DNA of 64,000 nt, taken from assembly GCA_905234985.1 (NCBI GenBank), contig CAJOJQ010000032.1, positions 9,915-73,914 on the forward strand. The letters are read 5' to 3'. Below the pieces are notes generated by a model. The model made no database searches. It worked only from the letters and a program-made list of their open reading frames with translations, and was not told where the DNA came from. Within the stretch, counting starts at the first letter, position 1, and each line of letters opens with the position of its first letter. Made by a program: the position numbers and the translations under genes. Positions 1-9,259 of this stretch are shown in pieces. This stretch comes from an uncultured Christensenellaceae bacterium (GTDB lineage Bacteria; Bacillota; Clostridia; Christensenellales; Aristaeellaceae).

Positions 1-2547
1 TACCGCTTCTTCTTCATGAAAGCGCTGGGGCAGTACACCCTGCAATTCACCGACGGCAACGGCTTTAGCAAGACTGTGCTGGTTCGCGTAGAGACGCCCG
101 CTACAGCCATTCATCCTGAACAGGACACGGTCGTCGTCCAGGTAGGGCAGACCGTGCCCGTCCGGTACACAATGGAGGGCGGAACGTATTACGATCCCTT
201 TCCAAACTACACTTCAAGCGCCCTTTTCTTTGATCCGGCGGGCGAAACGCCCACCGTCACCGGCCTGCGGACGGGCTTCTATCAGGTCACGGCCAGAGAT
301 CGGCTCGCTTCCTTCGGCGTTTTTGTGGTGGACGCCTGCGAAGGGGTGAAGCTGCATATGCCGTATGACAAAGGCACCGTAGGCTATTCCTTTCCCATCA
401 CGACCACGGACCGGCAGGGAAAAACGGTCTATGCCCGCGTTGAACTGACCGAGGGGGAAGACTGCGCCGAGCTCTGCCGCGATGGCGGCAGTATCAGCCT
501 GAAGGGAAAAGCGGCGGGCTGGGTCACCGTGAAAGCCTACGGCACGGACGGCAGCACGGACGAAGCGCGCCTGCGGATTTACGAATCGCCCACCGATGTG
601 CATGTCACCCTTTCTTCCCAAACGATTCCCGCGGGGGAACGCCTTACGGTCAGCGCCGAGTACGAGCCCGCGGGCGCCTGGTATCCTCTGAAAATAAGCA
701 GTCATAACCCCGACGCAGAAGGACTGGAGGGCCCTGTGGCCGTCGTTGACGGCAACGTGATCATCGGGATCACGCCCGGCGTCTGCACCTTGGAGGTCTA
801 CGCCGCCGGCTCCCGTGAGTATTATCCCATCAAGGTAACCGACAGCGATCAGGCCCTGGTTTTTGACCGTCCGCAGCCCTATCTGAATTATGGGAAACCT
901 TATCAGCTTTCCGTTCATACCCGGGCGGGCGAGCTCGTTCCCGCCGAATACAGCGTGGAGGGCGCTTCCGTCAGCGTGACCGGGGACGGCCTGCTGTCCG
1001 CCTCCACTTCCCATGCGATCGGCTATGTAACGGTAACGCTGCAAAGCGGCCTTACCTACAGATTTCGCGTGGAGGCGGCGGAATGTCCCGCGTGGCTGGC
1101 CCCGGAAGCAGAGATCATCTCCATGCCCATCGATATCATCAGCTGTGATATGTGCTGTATCAAGTCCGACATGTCGGACATCGTGTCCATTACGGATCTG
1201 GTGCTTTGCAGCAGCGATGAATCGGTCGTGAAGGTGGATAACTGGCGCATCTATCCCCAATCCGTCGGCACGGCCACGCTGACGGTGTGGAGCCAATACA
1301 ACGATGTTTCCTGCACGGTGCCGGTCGTCGTCACAGAACCGTACGGGCGGCTGTTTGTGGACGGCGTGCCGGACGACGCCTCCATCAGCATCGCCTATAA
1401 CACCACGGTGCCCCTGCCCACCGTGACGGATTATTGGGGCAATCCGGTGAAGGTCACCTGGGAAATCACCCACCAGAGCAGCTACCCCAGCGGCAAGCGC
1501 GTGGTGCAGATCGTAAATGGCAAAAGCCTGAAATGCACCTATTACGACGGCTCCGCGGAGCTGTATGCCACGGCGGCCAGCGGGCAGACGCTTCATTTGA
1601 CCGTGTTCGCCTACCAGCGCGACACCACCTGCTCCTTCCGGGAAAGCGAGTACACGGTGACCACAGGCTCCTTTGTCCAGGTGGATTTCCAATACGGCAA
1701 TGATCTGAGCAACCCCAAGACGCTGGAGCCGCAGGACGTGACCTTCACCGTGACGGGGGATACGGACTGCGTGATCGTGGATTCCCAGTTTTCCCATCAT
1801 ACCTTTACCGGCCTGCGGGAAGGCACCGTAACGCTGACGGCCAAGCTGTACAACGGCAAAACGGCCAAGGCGGTGATCCATGTGGTCCTGCCCGAAAGCT
1901 GCAAGAACGGCCACGATCCCGAATGGTACGTGCGGGAGGCGCCCACCGCCATCCTGAACGGCGTGCGGGCGCTTCGATGCAGCCGCTGCCGCGTCCCGCT
2001 GGGGCAGGAGGAAGCCATTCCCTGCACGGGTGCGCTGGGCTTTGCGCTGCCGGACGTCTATCTGAAGGAAGGCGGGGTCGCTGTGCTGACCGCCACCCTG
2101 AACGGCAACCCCAAAGAGTCCTTTACCTACCGTTCCTCCAATCCTGACGCCGCGCGGGTGGTGGGCAGCGTGGTGATGGGCGTCGGTCTTGGCACGGCGG
2201 ACATTACCGTCACCAAAGGCGACTGCGAGCCCGCTGTGTGCCGGGTACACGTCATTCCGGTCACCACGCTGACGCTGCCCGCCGGGCTGCTTCATATTGA
2301 GGACGGCGCTTTCCAGGGCGTATCCGTGACCCGCATCGTCCTGCCCGAGCATGTGACAGCCATCGGCGCTTACGCCTTCGCGGACTGCCCCCGCCTGATG
2401 GAACTGGCCATCCCGGTCAGCGTGACGCAGATCGGGGAAAACGCCTTTGCCCATGACCCGTTCCTCACGCTCACCGTTACCCCCGGAAGCTTCGCGGAGC
2501 AGTACTGCATCGCCCGTAAGCTGGCCTATCGGTATGCGGGCGACTGA
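1..2547 (+). CDS. Cell-surface protein with Ig-like beta-rich repeats and C-terminal BspA-type leucine-rich repeats; 5' partial
   Basis: Track ORF 16..2547; the same frame has no stop back to base 1. C-terminus carries repeated LPxxLxxIxxxAFxxC-type LRR units. Confidence 0.7.
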   Translation, partial: YRFFFMKALGQYTLQFTDGNGFSKTVLVRVETPATAIHPEQDTVVVQVGQTVPVRYTMEGGTYYDPFPNYTSSALFFDPAGETPTVTGLRTGFYQVTARDRLASFGVFVVDACEGVKLHMPYDKGTVGYSFPITTTDRQGKTVYARVELTEGEDCAELCRDGGSISLKGKAAGWVTVKAYGTDGSTDEARLRIYESPTDVHVTLSSQTIPAGERLTVSAEYEPAGAWYPLKISSHNPDAEGLEGPVAVVDGNVIIGITPGVCTLEVYAAGSREYYPIKVTDSDQALVFDRPQPYLNYGKPYQLSVHTRAGELVPAEYSVEGASVSVTGDGLLSASTSHAIGYVTVTLQSGLTYRFRVEAAECPAWLAPEAEIISMPIDIISCDMCCIKSDMSDIVSITDLVLCSSDESVVKVDNWRIYPQSVGTATLTVWSQYNDVSCTVPVVVTEPYGRLFVDGVPDDASISIAYNTTVPLPTVTDYWGNPVKVTWEITHQSSYPSGKRVVQIVNGKSLKCTYYDGSAELYATAASGQTLHLTVFAYQRDTTCSFRESEYTVTTGSFVQVDFQYGNDLSNPKTLEPQDVTFTVTGDTDCVIVDSQFSHHTFTGLREGTVTLTAKLYNGKTAKAVIHVVLPESCKNGHDPEWYVREAPTAILNGVRALRCSRCRVPLGQEEAIPCTGALGFALPDVYLKEGGVAVLTATLNGNPKESFTYRSSNPDAARVVGSVVMGVGLGTADITVTKGDCEPAVCRVHVIPVTTLTLPAGLLHIEDGAFQGVSVTRIVLPEHVTAIGAYAFADCPRLMELAIPVSVTQIGENAFAHDPFLTLTVTPGSFAEQYCIARKLAYRYAGD

Positions 2548-2570
2548 TATGATCCGACAAAGCATCCATG

Positions 2571-2605
2571 AAAAAAACGCTGATCCGCGCGGGTCAGCGT
2601 TTTTT
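2571..2605. terminator. Bidirectional intrinsic terminator between convergent genes
   Basis: AAAAAAACGCTGA-TCCGCGCGGG-TCAGCGTTTTTT: a stem flanked by an A-run and a T-run. Confidence 0.7.
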
Positions 2606-2621
2606 CATAGATCGTTCCGCT

Positions 2622-3377
2622 TTACGCCTGCAATACCAGCTCCACCGGGCAATGGTCAGAGCCGAAAATTTCCGGGTGGATGCACGCGGAAACCAGCCGG
2701 GGGGTGAGGGCCTGGGACACGATGAAGTAATCGATGCGCCAGCCGGCGTTGTTTTCCCGGGCGTGGAAGCGGTAGCTCCACCAGCTGTAAGCGCCGGTCG
2801 CGTCGGGGTGGAAATGGCGAAAAGTGTCCACGAAGCCGCTGTCCAGCAGGGCGGTCATTTTGTCCCGTTCCTCCTGGGTAAAGCCCGCGTTGCGGATATT
2901 TGCTTTGGGGTTCTTGATGTCGATTTCCCGGTGGGCCACGTTCAGGTCGCCGCAGAACACCACGGGCTTTTCCTGTTCCAGGCCTTTCAGATAAGCCAAG
3001 AAAGCGTCCTCCCACTGCATGCGGTAGGGCAGGCGGGCCAGGCCGTCCTGGGAATTGGGGGTGTACACGGTGATGAAAAAGAAGTCCGGGAACTCCAGGG
3101 TGATCACCCGGCCCTCGTGGTCAAATTCATCCACGCCGATGCCATACTTGACGGACAGGGGTTCCTGCCTGGTGAACACCGCCGTGCCGGAATAGCCCTT
3201 CTTTTCGGCGTAATTCCAGTATTGATGATAGCCCGGCAGGTCCAGCGCGATCTGCCCGGCCTGCAGCTTGGTTTCCTGGAGGCAGAAAATGTCCGCGTCC
3301 AGGGCGCTGAACGTATCCTGAAAGCCCTTGCCCATCACAGCCCGCAGGCCGTTCACGTTCCATGAAATCAGCTTCAT
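2622..3377 (-). CDS. xth: Exodeoxyribonuclease III (AP endonuclease)
   Basis: 251 aa. MKLISWNVNGLRA...CLQETK...GDLNVAHxEIDxxN...SDHCPV are hallmark ExoIII/EEP motifs. Confidence 0.92.
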   Translation of the reverse strand: MKLISWNVNGLRAVMGKGFQDTFSALDADIFCLQETKLQAGQIALDLPGYHQYWNYAEKKGYSGTAVFTRQEPLSVKYGIGVDEFDHEGRVITLEFPDFFFITVYTPNSQDGLARLPYRMQWEDAFLAYLKGLEQEKPVVFCGDLNVAHREIDIKNPKANIRNAGFTQEERDKMTALLDSGFVDTFRHFHPDATGAYSWWSYRFHARENNAGWRIDYFIVSQALTPRLVSACIHPEIFGSDHCPVELVLQA

Positions 3378-4030
3378 ACTTTTACCTCTTTCCAGCGCAC
3401 CGTTTCCATCTCCGGCGCGGCTTTCCGCAGGGCTTTTTTAGGGTTCACCTGCACTGGATGGCCGCACAGAAGCAGCATGGGCAGGTCGCTTTTGCTGTCG
3501 CCATAGGCAAAGGAGGCGGCAAAGTCCGCTTCCCGGCCCGTATCCCGCAGCCAGTCCCGGATGCGGCGGGGCTTTTCTTCCCCTTTGCAATTTTCGCCCA
3601 CGGTGCCGTCGGGGTTCAGGGGCGTGGCCAGCAGGGCGGAAAAGCCCAGCGCCTCCGCCGCAAAACGCATATAGTTTTCCGTGGAGGCGGTCACCAGCAC
3701 AGTTTCGCGGCCCGCCTGCCGGTGAAGGTCAAGGCAGGCTTTCCCCCGGGGATAGACCCGGGGCAGCAGACAGTCCCGCACAAAGTCCCGTTCCAGGGCT
3801 TCCCGATCCGCCGGGCTCAGCTTCATGCGAAAGCGCAGGGCGGCGTTTTTGCTGTCCGCCGCGTTTTTTACGCCCAGCACGAAGCCCGCCGCCGCCAGCA
3901 TTGTCCGCGCATATTCCTTCCGGGGCATGAATCCCCGTTTCCGGGCATAGCGCACAAAGGCGACGATGCTGTCCCCCGAAATCAGGGTGCCGTCAAAGTC
4001 AAAAAAAGCGAACGACTGCGTTTCTTTCAT
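3374..4030 (-). CDS. HAD-superfamily hydrolase, subfamily IB-like
   Basis: FDFDGTL motif I at the N-terminus and GDSxSDLPML motif IV. 4-nt ATGA overlap with xth. Confidence 0.8.
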   Translation of the reverse strand: MKETQSFAFFDFDGTLISGDSIVAFVRYARKRGFMPRKEYARTMLAAAGFVLGVKNAADSKNAALRFRMKLSPADREALERDFVRDCLLPRVYPRGKACLDLHRQAGRETVLVTASTENYMRFAAEALGFSALLATPLNPDGTVGENCKGEEKPRRIRDWLRDTGREADFAASFAYGDSKSDLPMLLLCGHPVQVNPKKALRKAAPEMETVRWKEVKV

Positions 4031-4110
4031 ACAGCGAAAACCTCTTTGCCGCTCGCCATTAACCCCATTGGGAAAAATGACGGAGTTGGGGATCGCAGGG
4101 GGATTGTTAA

Positions 4111-4436
4111 GGGGAGCGCCCCTTGACTGAAATCCGCACCGGCGGCGTGTACGCCGGGAGGACGGAAAATTTCAGGAAGGAGCGAAGACGACTGGATGAA
4201 ATTTTCCTGCCTTGCGGTTTTTCCGCCCGGGAGCCCTTAGCGTCGAGCGAAGCGAGACTGCGGGCGAGAGGAAAAACCGTAGGGGACGAACCGCCGATGA
4301 CCGCCTGCGGCGGGAATCTCATCGGCGGTGAGATCAGCCGAAAGGGAGCAATCTCCCCATGAAGGGGAGTTGCGACCTTTATTCCGTAAGGGGGAAGGAT
4401 TCCCCCTTACGCGCCATTCAGCGCAAGCTGAATGGC
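4111..4436 (+). ncRNA. Unclassified structured RNA of about 330 nt (copy A of a 4-member family in this window)
   Basis: No credible ORF. Nested hairpins. Alignable along its whole length to the reverse complement of 35545..35871 with compensatory stem changes (GGAAAAUUUC/GAAAUUUUCC vs GAAAAAUUUC/GAAAUUUUUC; CUCCCC/GGGGAG vs GUCCGC/GCGGAC). Confidence 0.5.
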
Positions 4437-4438
4437 AA

Positions 4439-7426
4439 TTACTTTGCCATAGCCTGGGTGATTTCCCAGCCCCAGTTGATTTCGTTCTGGTGGCTGACGG
4501 CGTAGGGGCCGGTGGCTTCCGCCTCGGACATTTTCCGGGGGAAGTGGAGGCAGATATGGCCTGCCAGGTCGTTATTGGGGGTATGGTCCACCTCATGGCC
4601 GTGGCTGTGGATGGAGCCGATATACACCTGCCCGTCGGGGAAGATGACCCACACATACTTGGGCGTCCAGTTGTTCACGCCCACGATCTGGTTCAGGATG
4701 GCGGTATCCGCCGCGGTGGGGGGTTCGGAATCGGCATGCTTGCCGAAGGAGAACATATGCAGGTTAAAGTGCAGGCCGGAGTCCGGATCGTAAATCACCA
4801 CGTCGGGCATGCTGCGGGCGATGGGGCGGATCACGCTCTCCCAGTTGGCGTACTTCACCCGGGAAGCGGCGGGGGCGGTAAAGGCCGTGCTGCCGCTGTT
4901 ATTCGTATTGGTATTCGTACCCGTATTGGTGCTGGGCAGACCCGCCACGCCGGAGGCGGGCACGGCGCTGCTGGAGCTGATGCGATTCAGGGTCATGGTA
5001 CCCGCGATGCCGTCGGAGGTCAGGCCGTTCTGCTTCTGGAAGGCCGCCACGGCGTTCACGGTCTTGGGTCCGTAAATGCCGTCCGCCGCGGTCAGGTAGC
5101 CCAGCTGCACCAGGCGCTGCTGCAAAGCCTTGACCGCCGCGCCGCTGTCGCCCCTTTGCAGGAGCTTGGCGTTGATCTTGACCGCCGTGGCGGCAGAGGT
5201 GGCGGAGGGCTTGGGCGTGGCCGTGGGCTTGGGGGTGGCGGCGGCAATCGCCGTGCCGCTGACGTACAGGCGGGTCAGGGTCTGAGAGCCTGCCACGCCG
5301 TCGGGGTTGAGGCCGTTGGCCCGCTGGAAGTTCTTCACCGCCTGGGCGGTGCCGCTGCCGTACTGGCCGTCCACGGTGCCGGTAAAGTAGCCCAGGGCTT
5401 TCAGCCGGGTTTGCAGGGCGGAGACCAGCTCGCCGCTGCTGCCGGTTTTCAGGGTCTGGTTCACGGGATAAGGCGTGCTGGCCACGATGGGCGTGGGCGA
5501 TACGGAGGCCACGGGCAGGGGCGTGAAGGCGGCCACGGCGGAGGCGGCGTACAGGGCCTGCTGGGTCGCCAGACCGGCCACGCCGTCCACGGAGAGGCCG
5601 TTCTTGCGCTGGAATTCCTTGACGGCTTCGATTTCGTCGCTGTCATATACGCCGTCGGCGCGGCAGTTGTAGTAGCCCAGCTCCATGAGCCGGTATTGCA
5701 GCTTGGTCACTTCCGTGCCCTTGGTGCCGTTCTTCATCACCACCACGTTCTTGGCCGTCAGGGGGGTGGAGGTGGCGGCGGGAACGACGGCGGCGGCCTT
5801 CGGGGAGGGCGTGGGGGTGACGGCCAGCAGGCTCAGCAGGCGCATGGTTTTTTTGCCCGCCACGCCGTCCACGGTCAGCTTATGGTCGGTCTGGAATTTC
5901 TTCACCGCGTTCTGGGTGGCGGCGTCGTACACGCCGGAGGGGGTGGCGGCGGTATAATAGCCCAGGGCTTTCAGGGTGTTTTGCAGCTCGGTCACCTGCC
6001 AGCCCTTATCGCCCACGCTGAATTCCTCCACGGCGTAATTGGGCAGGATGGCCACGCTGACCTTCTTGCCCCGGGCGTTCAGGGGCTTGCCCTCAAAAAT
6101 CAATTTCTGCACCTCGGGGGAAGCGACGCTGTCCTGCCGGATGCCGTTCTTCTTCTGGAACGCCTTCACAGCGGCGGCGGTGTTGGCCCCGTAGCTGCCG
6201 TCCGCCGCCCCGGCGTAAAACTCCAGCTCCCTTAAGGCTTCCTGGAGTACGGACACGTTTTTGCCCGTGCTGCCGGTTTGCAGATAGGCGTAATGCTGCT
6301 GGGCGTCGGCGTCGGTGGACAGCGCCTTGCCGGGGGCGTACTGGGCGGGCACGTGGGCATAATCGGCCACGATGTAGCCCGTATAGGATTTATATTTGAC
6401 GTTCAGGAAATCCCCGGTGATCGCCAGCACCGAAATTTCCGCGCCCTTGGGCACGGTGAGCAGGCGCTGGGAGGAGGTGGAGGCGGATTTCCGCAGGTTC
6501 ACGGAGGCGGTGGTGTAGGTGGTAAAGGGGAAGGTGGCCTTGCCTTCCGTGGGGGGATTGGTGGGAATGGTGGTGGGGGTGGCGGTGGGCTTGGGCGTGG
6601 CGGTGGCCTTGGCGCTGATGGCCGTGGCCGCGTACAGCGCCCTCTGGGTGGCCGCGTCCGCCGTGCCGGTCTGGGTCAGGCCGTTCTTTTTCTGGAACGC
6701 CTTGATGGCGCTCACCGTGGCGCTGCCCGCCGCGCCGTCCACCGTGCCGGTGTAATAGCCCAGCTCTTTCAGCCGGTTTTGCAGGCGCGTCACCGCGTCG
6801 CCCTTGCTGCCGGAGGAGATGGACGCGCCCTCCACGTAGGACACCGTTTTCACAGCGGCGGCCTTGCCCTTGCTGTTCTTGGGCTTTCCTTCAAACAGCA
6901 GGGTCTGGGTGGCGCTGTCCGCCGTGCCGGTCTGGGAAAGGCCGTTCATGCTCTGGAAGGCGGTCACAGCGCCGCGGGTGCCGGAGCCGAAGCTGCCGTC
7001 CACCGCGCCGGTATAAAAGCCTAATTCCTTCAGCGCTTCCTGCACGGCCTTCACCGCGTCCCCCTTGCTGCCGGAATAGAGCAGCTTATAGGCGGAGGAC
7101 GCTCCGGCGGCGGCGGCGGGGGTGGGGGTAATGGCGGGCACGTCGGCGTTTCCGCTGGACGTTTGCAGATACTGCTTCAAGGCGTAGCCCTGTACGCCCT
7201 CATAAACGGCGATATAATAGCCGCCGCTTTCTCCGGTGATCACCGCCATATCCCCGGCGGGGATGGTGGTAAGCACTTTCGCGGAGCTGCTGGGCGACTG
7301 GCGCAGGTTCAGCGCTTCGGTAACGTAGGCCGTGAAGGGATAAGTATCCCCCATCGCGGGCACGGCCCCCAGCAGCAAAGCGGCTGCGATCAGAAAAGCG
7401 CAAACGCGGACGGTAACGGTACGCAT
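4439..7426 (-). CDS. Secreted cell-wall protein: signal peptide, 2 SH3-like domains, 7 peptidoglycan-binding (PG_binding_1-type) repeats, and a C-terminal His-rich domain of unknown type
   Basis: Track ORF 4439..7507. Start moved to the ATG at 7426, preceded by GGAGG and followed by a hydrophobic signal sequence. Seven units match G(S/D)xGxxVxxLQxxLxxLGYYxG...DGxxG. Confidence 0.8.
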   Translation of the reverse strand: MRTVTVRVCAFLIAAALLLGAVPAMGDTYPFTAYVTEALNLRQSPSSSAKVLTTIPAGDMAVITGESGGYYIAVYEGVQGYALKQYLQTSSGNADVPAITPTPAAAAGASSAYKLLYSGSKGDAVKAVQEALKELGFYTGAVDGSFGSGTRGAVTAFQSMNGLSQTGTADSATQTLLFEGKPKNSKGKAAAVKTVSYVEGASISSGSKGDAVTRLQNRLKELGYYTGTVDGAAGSATVSAIKAFQKKNGLTQTGTADAATQRALYAATAISAKATATPKPTATPTTIPTNPPTEGKATFPFTTYTTASVNLRKSASTSSQRLLTVPKGAEISVLAITGDFLNVKYKSYTGYIVADYAHVPAQYAPGKALSTDADAQQHYAYLQTGSTGKNVSVLQEALRELEFYAGAADGSYGANTAAAVKAFQKKNGIRQDSVASPEVQKLIFEGKPLNARGKKVSVAILPNYAVEEFSVGDKGWQVTELQNTLKALGYYTAATPSGVYDAATQNAVKKFQTDHKLTVDGVAGKKTMRLLSLLAVTPTPSPKAAAVVPAATSTPLTAKNVVVMKNGTKGTEVTKLQYRLMELGYYNCRADGVYDSDEIEAVKEFQRKNGLSVDGVAGLATQQALYAASAVAAFTPLPVASVSPTPIVASTPYPVNQTLKTGSSGELVSALQTRLKALGYFTGTVDGQYGSGTAQAVKNFQRANGLNPDGVAGSQTLTRLYVSGTAIAAATPKPTATPKPSATSAATAVKINAKLLQRGDSGAAVKALQQRLVQLGYLTAADGIYGPKTVNAVAAFQKQNGLTSDGIAGTMTLNRISSSSAVPASGVAGLPSTNTGTNTNTNNSGSTAFTAPAASRVKYANWESVIRPIARSMPDVVIYDPDSGLHFNLHMFSFGKHADSEPPTAADTAILNQIVGVNNWTPKYVWVIFPDGQVYIGSIHSHGHEVDHTPNNDLAGHICLHFPRKMSEAEATGPYAVSHQNEINWGWEITQAMAK

Positions 7427-7645
7427 GGGCTTGAACCTCCATACAGCGGCGCGCGAAAAACGCGCCGGAATCCATTCTTTGGGCAAAAAGTGTGGATAAT
7501 GATCCAAGTCTATTTTATTTCAATACCGTAACAATGTCAAGATTTTTATCGCTTTTGCGTAATAATTTTGAAACAAATTCAACTCCCACATCAAGAAAGC
7601 CGCCGGAAAACTCCGACGGCTGGGTATTATCGAATGTAAGGCGGA

Positions 7646-9100
7646 TCAGATTTCCTGCTTGGAACGCACCTGATCGAACAGCTTCACCACGTCCTCGCCG
7701 GGGGCTTTGCCCATGAGCGACACCGCCACGGCGGCCAGGCAGCCGCACAGGAAGCCGGGCACGATCTCGTACACGCCCGTGGAGCTTAAGAACGCCAGCC
7801 ACAGGATATCCACCGCCGCGCCCACCACGATGCCCGCCACGGCGCCGCCGAAGGTGAACCGACGCCAGAACAGGGAAAGCAGGATGACCGGGCCGAAGGC
7901 CGCGCCGAACACGCCCCAGGCGTTGGAAACCAGGTCCATGATGCTGCCGCTGTCCGGGTTGGAAGCGATCAGCAACGCGGCAACAGCCACGGCCAGCACC
8001 ACCGCGCGGCCCATCCACAGCATTTCCTTGTCGCTGGCCTTGCCCTTGCGGATCACGGGCTTATACACGTCGCTGGCAAAGGCGGAGGCGCTGGAAAGCA
8101 GCTGGCTGTCCGCCGTGGACATGGAGGCCGCCAGAATAGCGGACAGCAGCACGCCGCTGATGACCGGCGGGAACATTTTGCGCACCATCTGGATGAACAC
8201 GGTGGACGTATCGGCGATTTCGCCTAAGTACATGCGGCCGATCAGACCGGCGATGACGGCGAAGCCTAAGATCAGCACCGTCCAGGAGATGCCGATGGCG
8301 GCGCTCTTTTTCATGTCCTTATCGGAGCGCACAGCCATGAAGCGGATGATGATGTGGGGCATGCCAAAGTAGCCCAGGCCCCAGCCCAGGCCGGACACCA
8401 CGTCCTGCCAGTTGGTGAACAGCTTCCAGTAGCCCGCGCCCACCTGATCCATGGCGGACGCGCCCTGGCCGGACTGCACCAGCGCCAGGGCGAAAATGGG
8501 GGCGATCAGCAGGGCCGCCAGCATGAGCATGCCCTGGAAGAAATCGGTCCAGGACACGGCGGAGAAGCCGCCGAGGAAGGTGTAGGAAACGATGATCACC
8601 GCCGCCACGTACATGGCCGCGTTGGCATCCACGCCCACCACCGTGTTGAACAGCGTGCCGCAGGCCTTGATGCTGCTGGCCGCGTAAACGGTGTAGGCCA
8701 CCAGGAAAATCACCGCGCAGATCACCTGCATGACCTTGCTCTTGGACAGGAAACGGTTGGTCAGGTATTGGGGAATGGTGATGGAATCCTTGGCCGCGAT
8801 GGAATAGCGGCGCAGGCGGGGCGCTTCCAAAATCCAGCTCAGGGCATAGCCGATGGCTAGGCCGATGGCGATCCACGTCTGCCCCATGCCCAGGGCGTAC
8901 ACCGACGCGGGCAGGCCCATGAGGGACCAAGCGCTCATATCCGACGCGCCCGCGCTCAGGGCCGACACCCACGGCCCCATCTGACGGCCGCCCAAGAAGT
9001 AATCCTTTTCGCCGCCGCTGCGCATGCGCAGGAAGAAATATACGCCGATCCCTAACATAAAAATCAGGTATACGATGAATACGATGAGTTCAATGTTCAT
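7646..9100 (-). CDS. putP: Sodium:solute (proline) symporter, SSF family
   Basis: 484 aa polytopic membrane protein. N-terminus ...DYFLGGRxMGPWVSALSAGASDMSAW is typical of PutP. Confidence 0.85.
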   Translation of the reverse strand: MNIELIVFIVYLIFMLGIGVYFFLRMRSGGEKDYFLGGRQMGPWVSALSAGASDMSAWSLMGLPASVYALGMGQTWIAIGLAIGYALSWILEAPRLRRYSIAAKDSITIPQYLTNRFLSKSKVMQVICAVIFLVAYTVYAASSIKACGTLFNTVVGVDANAAMYVAAVIIVSYTFLGGFSAVSWTDFFQGMLMLAALLIAPIFALALVQSGQGASAMDQVGAGYWKLFTNWQDVVSGLGWGLGYFGMPHIIIRFMAVRSDKDMKKSAAIGISWTVLILGFAVIAGLIGRMYLGEIADTSTVFIQMVRKMFPPVISGVLLSAILAASMSTADSQLLSSASAFASDVYKPVIRKGKASDKEMLWMGRAVVLAVAVAALLIASNPDSGSIMDLVSNAWGVFGAAFGPVILLSLFWRRFTFGGAVAGIVVGAAVDILWLAFLSSTGVYEIVPGFLCGCLAAVAVSLMGKAPGEDVVKLFDQVRSKQEI

Positions 9101-9259
9101 TCTTTCCCCCGTCCTTTCGTAAAAACATGCATAAAATGCATATTATTCATTATAGAGCTTTTCCAGAAGATTACAAGGGCAGAACAAAAAAGATACATTC
9201 CCGCAGACGGCAGGTTTATTTTTCCCGTTTCCGCACACAATAGAGCCGGAAAGGATGGG

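Noticed and set aside
214-2565. Long ORFs on the strand opposite to, or in alternative frames of, clearly recognisable genes. Examples: 214..2565 -, 2568..3365 +, 4328..6235 +, 6278..7024 +, 10264..11292 -, 11586..12908 +, 17278..19086 -, 28741..30426 +, 30945..32357 +, 47490..48635 -, 54126..55448 +, 59811..61319 +.
   Set aside because: They have Arg/Gly/Ala/Pro-rich, low-information translations typical of shadow ORFs in high-GC DNA. Each fully overlaps a gene with strong family motifs, and none has a convincing RBS.
4285-4376. Possible hammerhead ribozyme core (CCGAUGA-stem-GAAUC) or ZTP/fluoride-like strings (GACCGCCUG, AACCGCC) in the conserved RNA core.
   Set aside because: The GAUGA is fully base-paired with UCAUC in copies A-C. 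The invariant hammerhead positions (CUGAUGA, GAAA) are not met, and the other riboswitch subdomains are absent.
4111-4436. Tested by eye whether RNA copy A/D is RNase P RNA, tmRNA, SRP RNA or 6S RNA.
   Set aside because: The hallmark blocks are missing: GAGGAAAGUCC for RNase P; the tRNA-like end with CCA and a tag ORF for tmRNA; GGAA/AGCA domain IV for SRP. Four copies in 64 kb also does not fit single-copy housekeeping RNAs.
7491-7499. Perfect DnaA box TGTGGATAA upstream of the cell-wall protein gene, considered as a second origin.
   Set aside because: It is a single isolated box with no cluster and no AT-rich unwinding element. A chance occurrence or a simple DnaA-regulated promoter is more likely.
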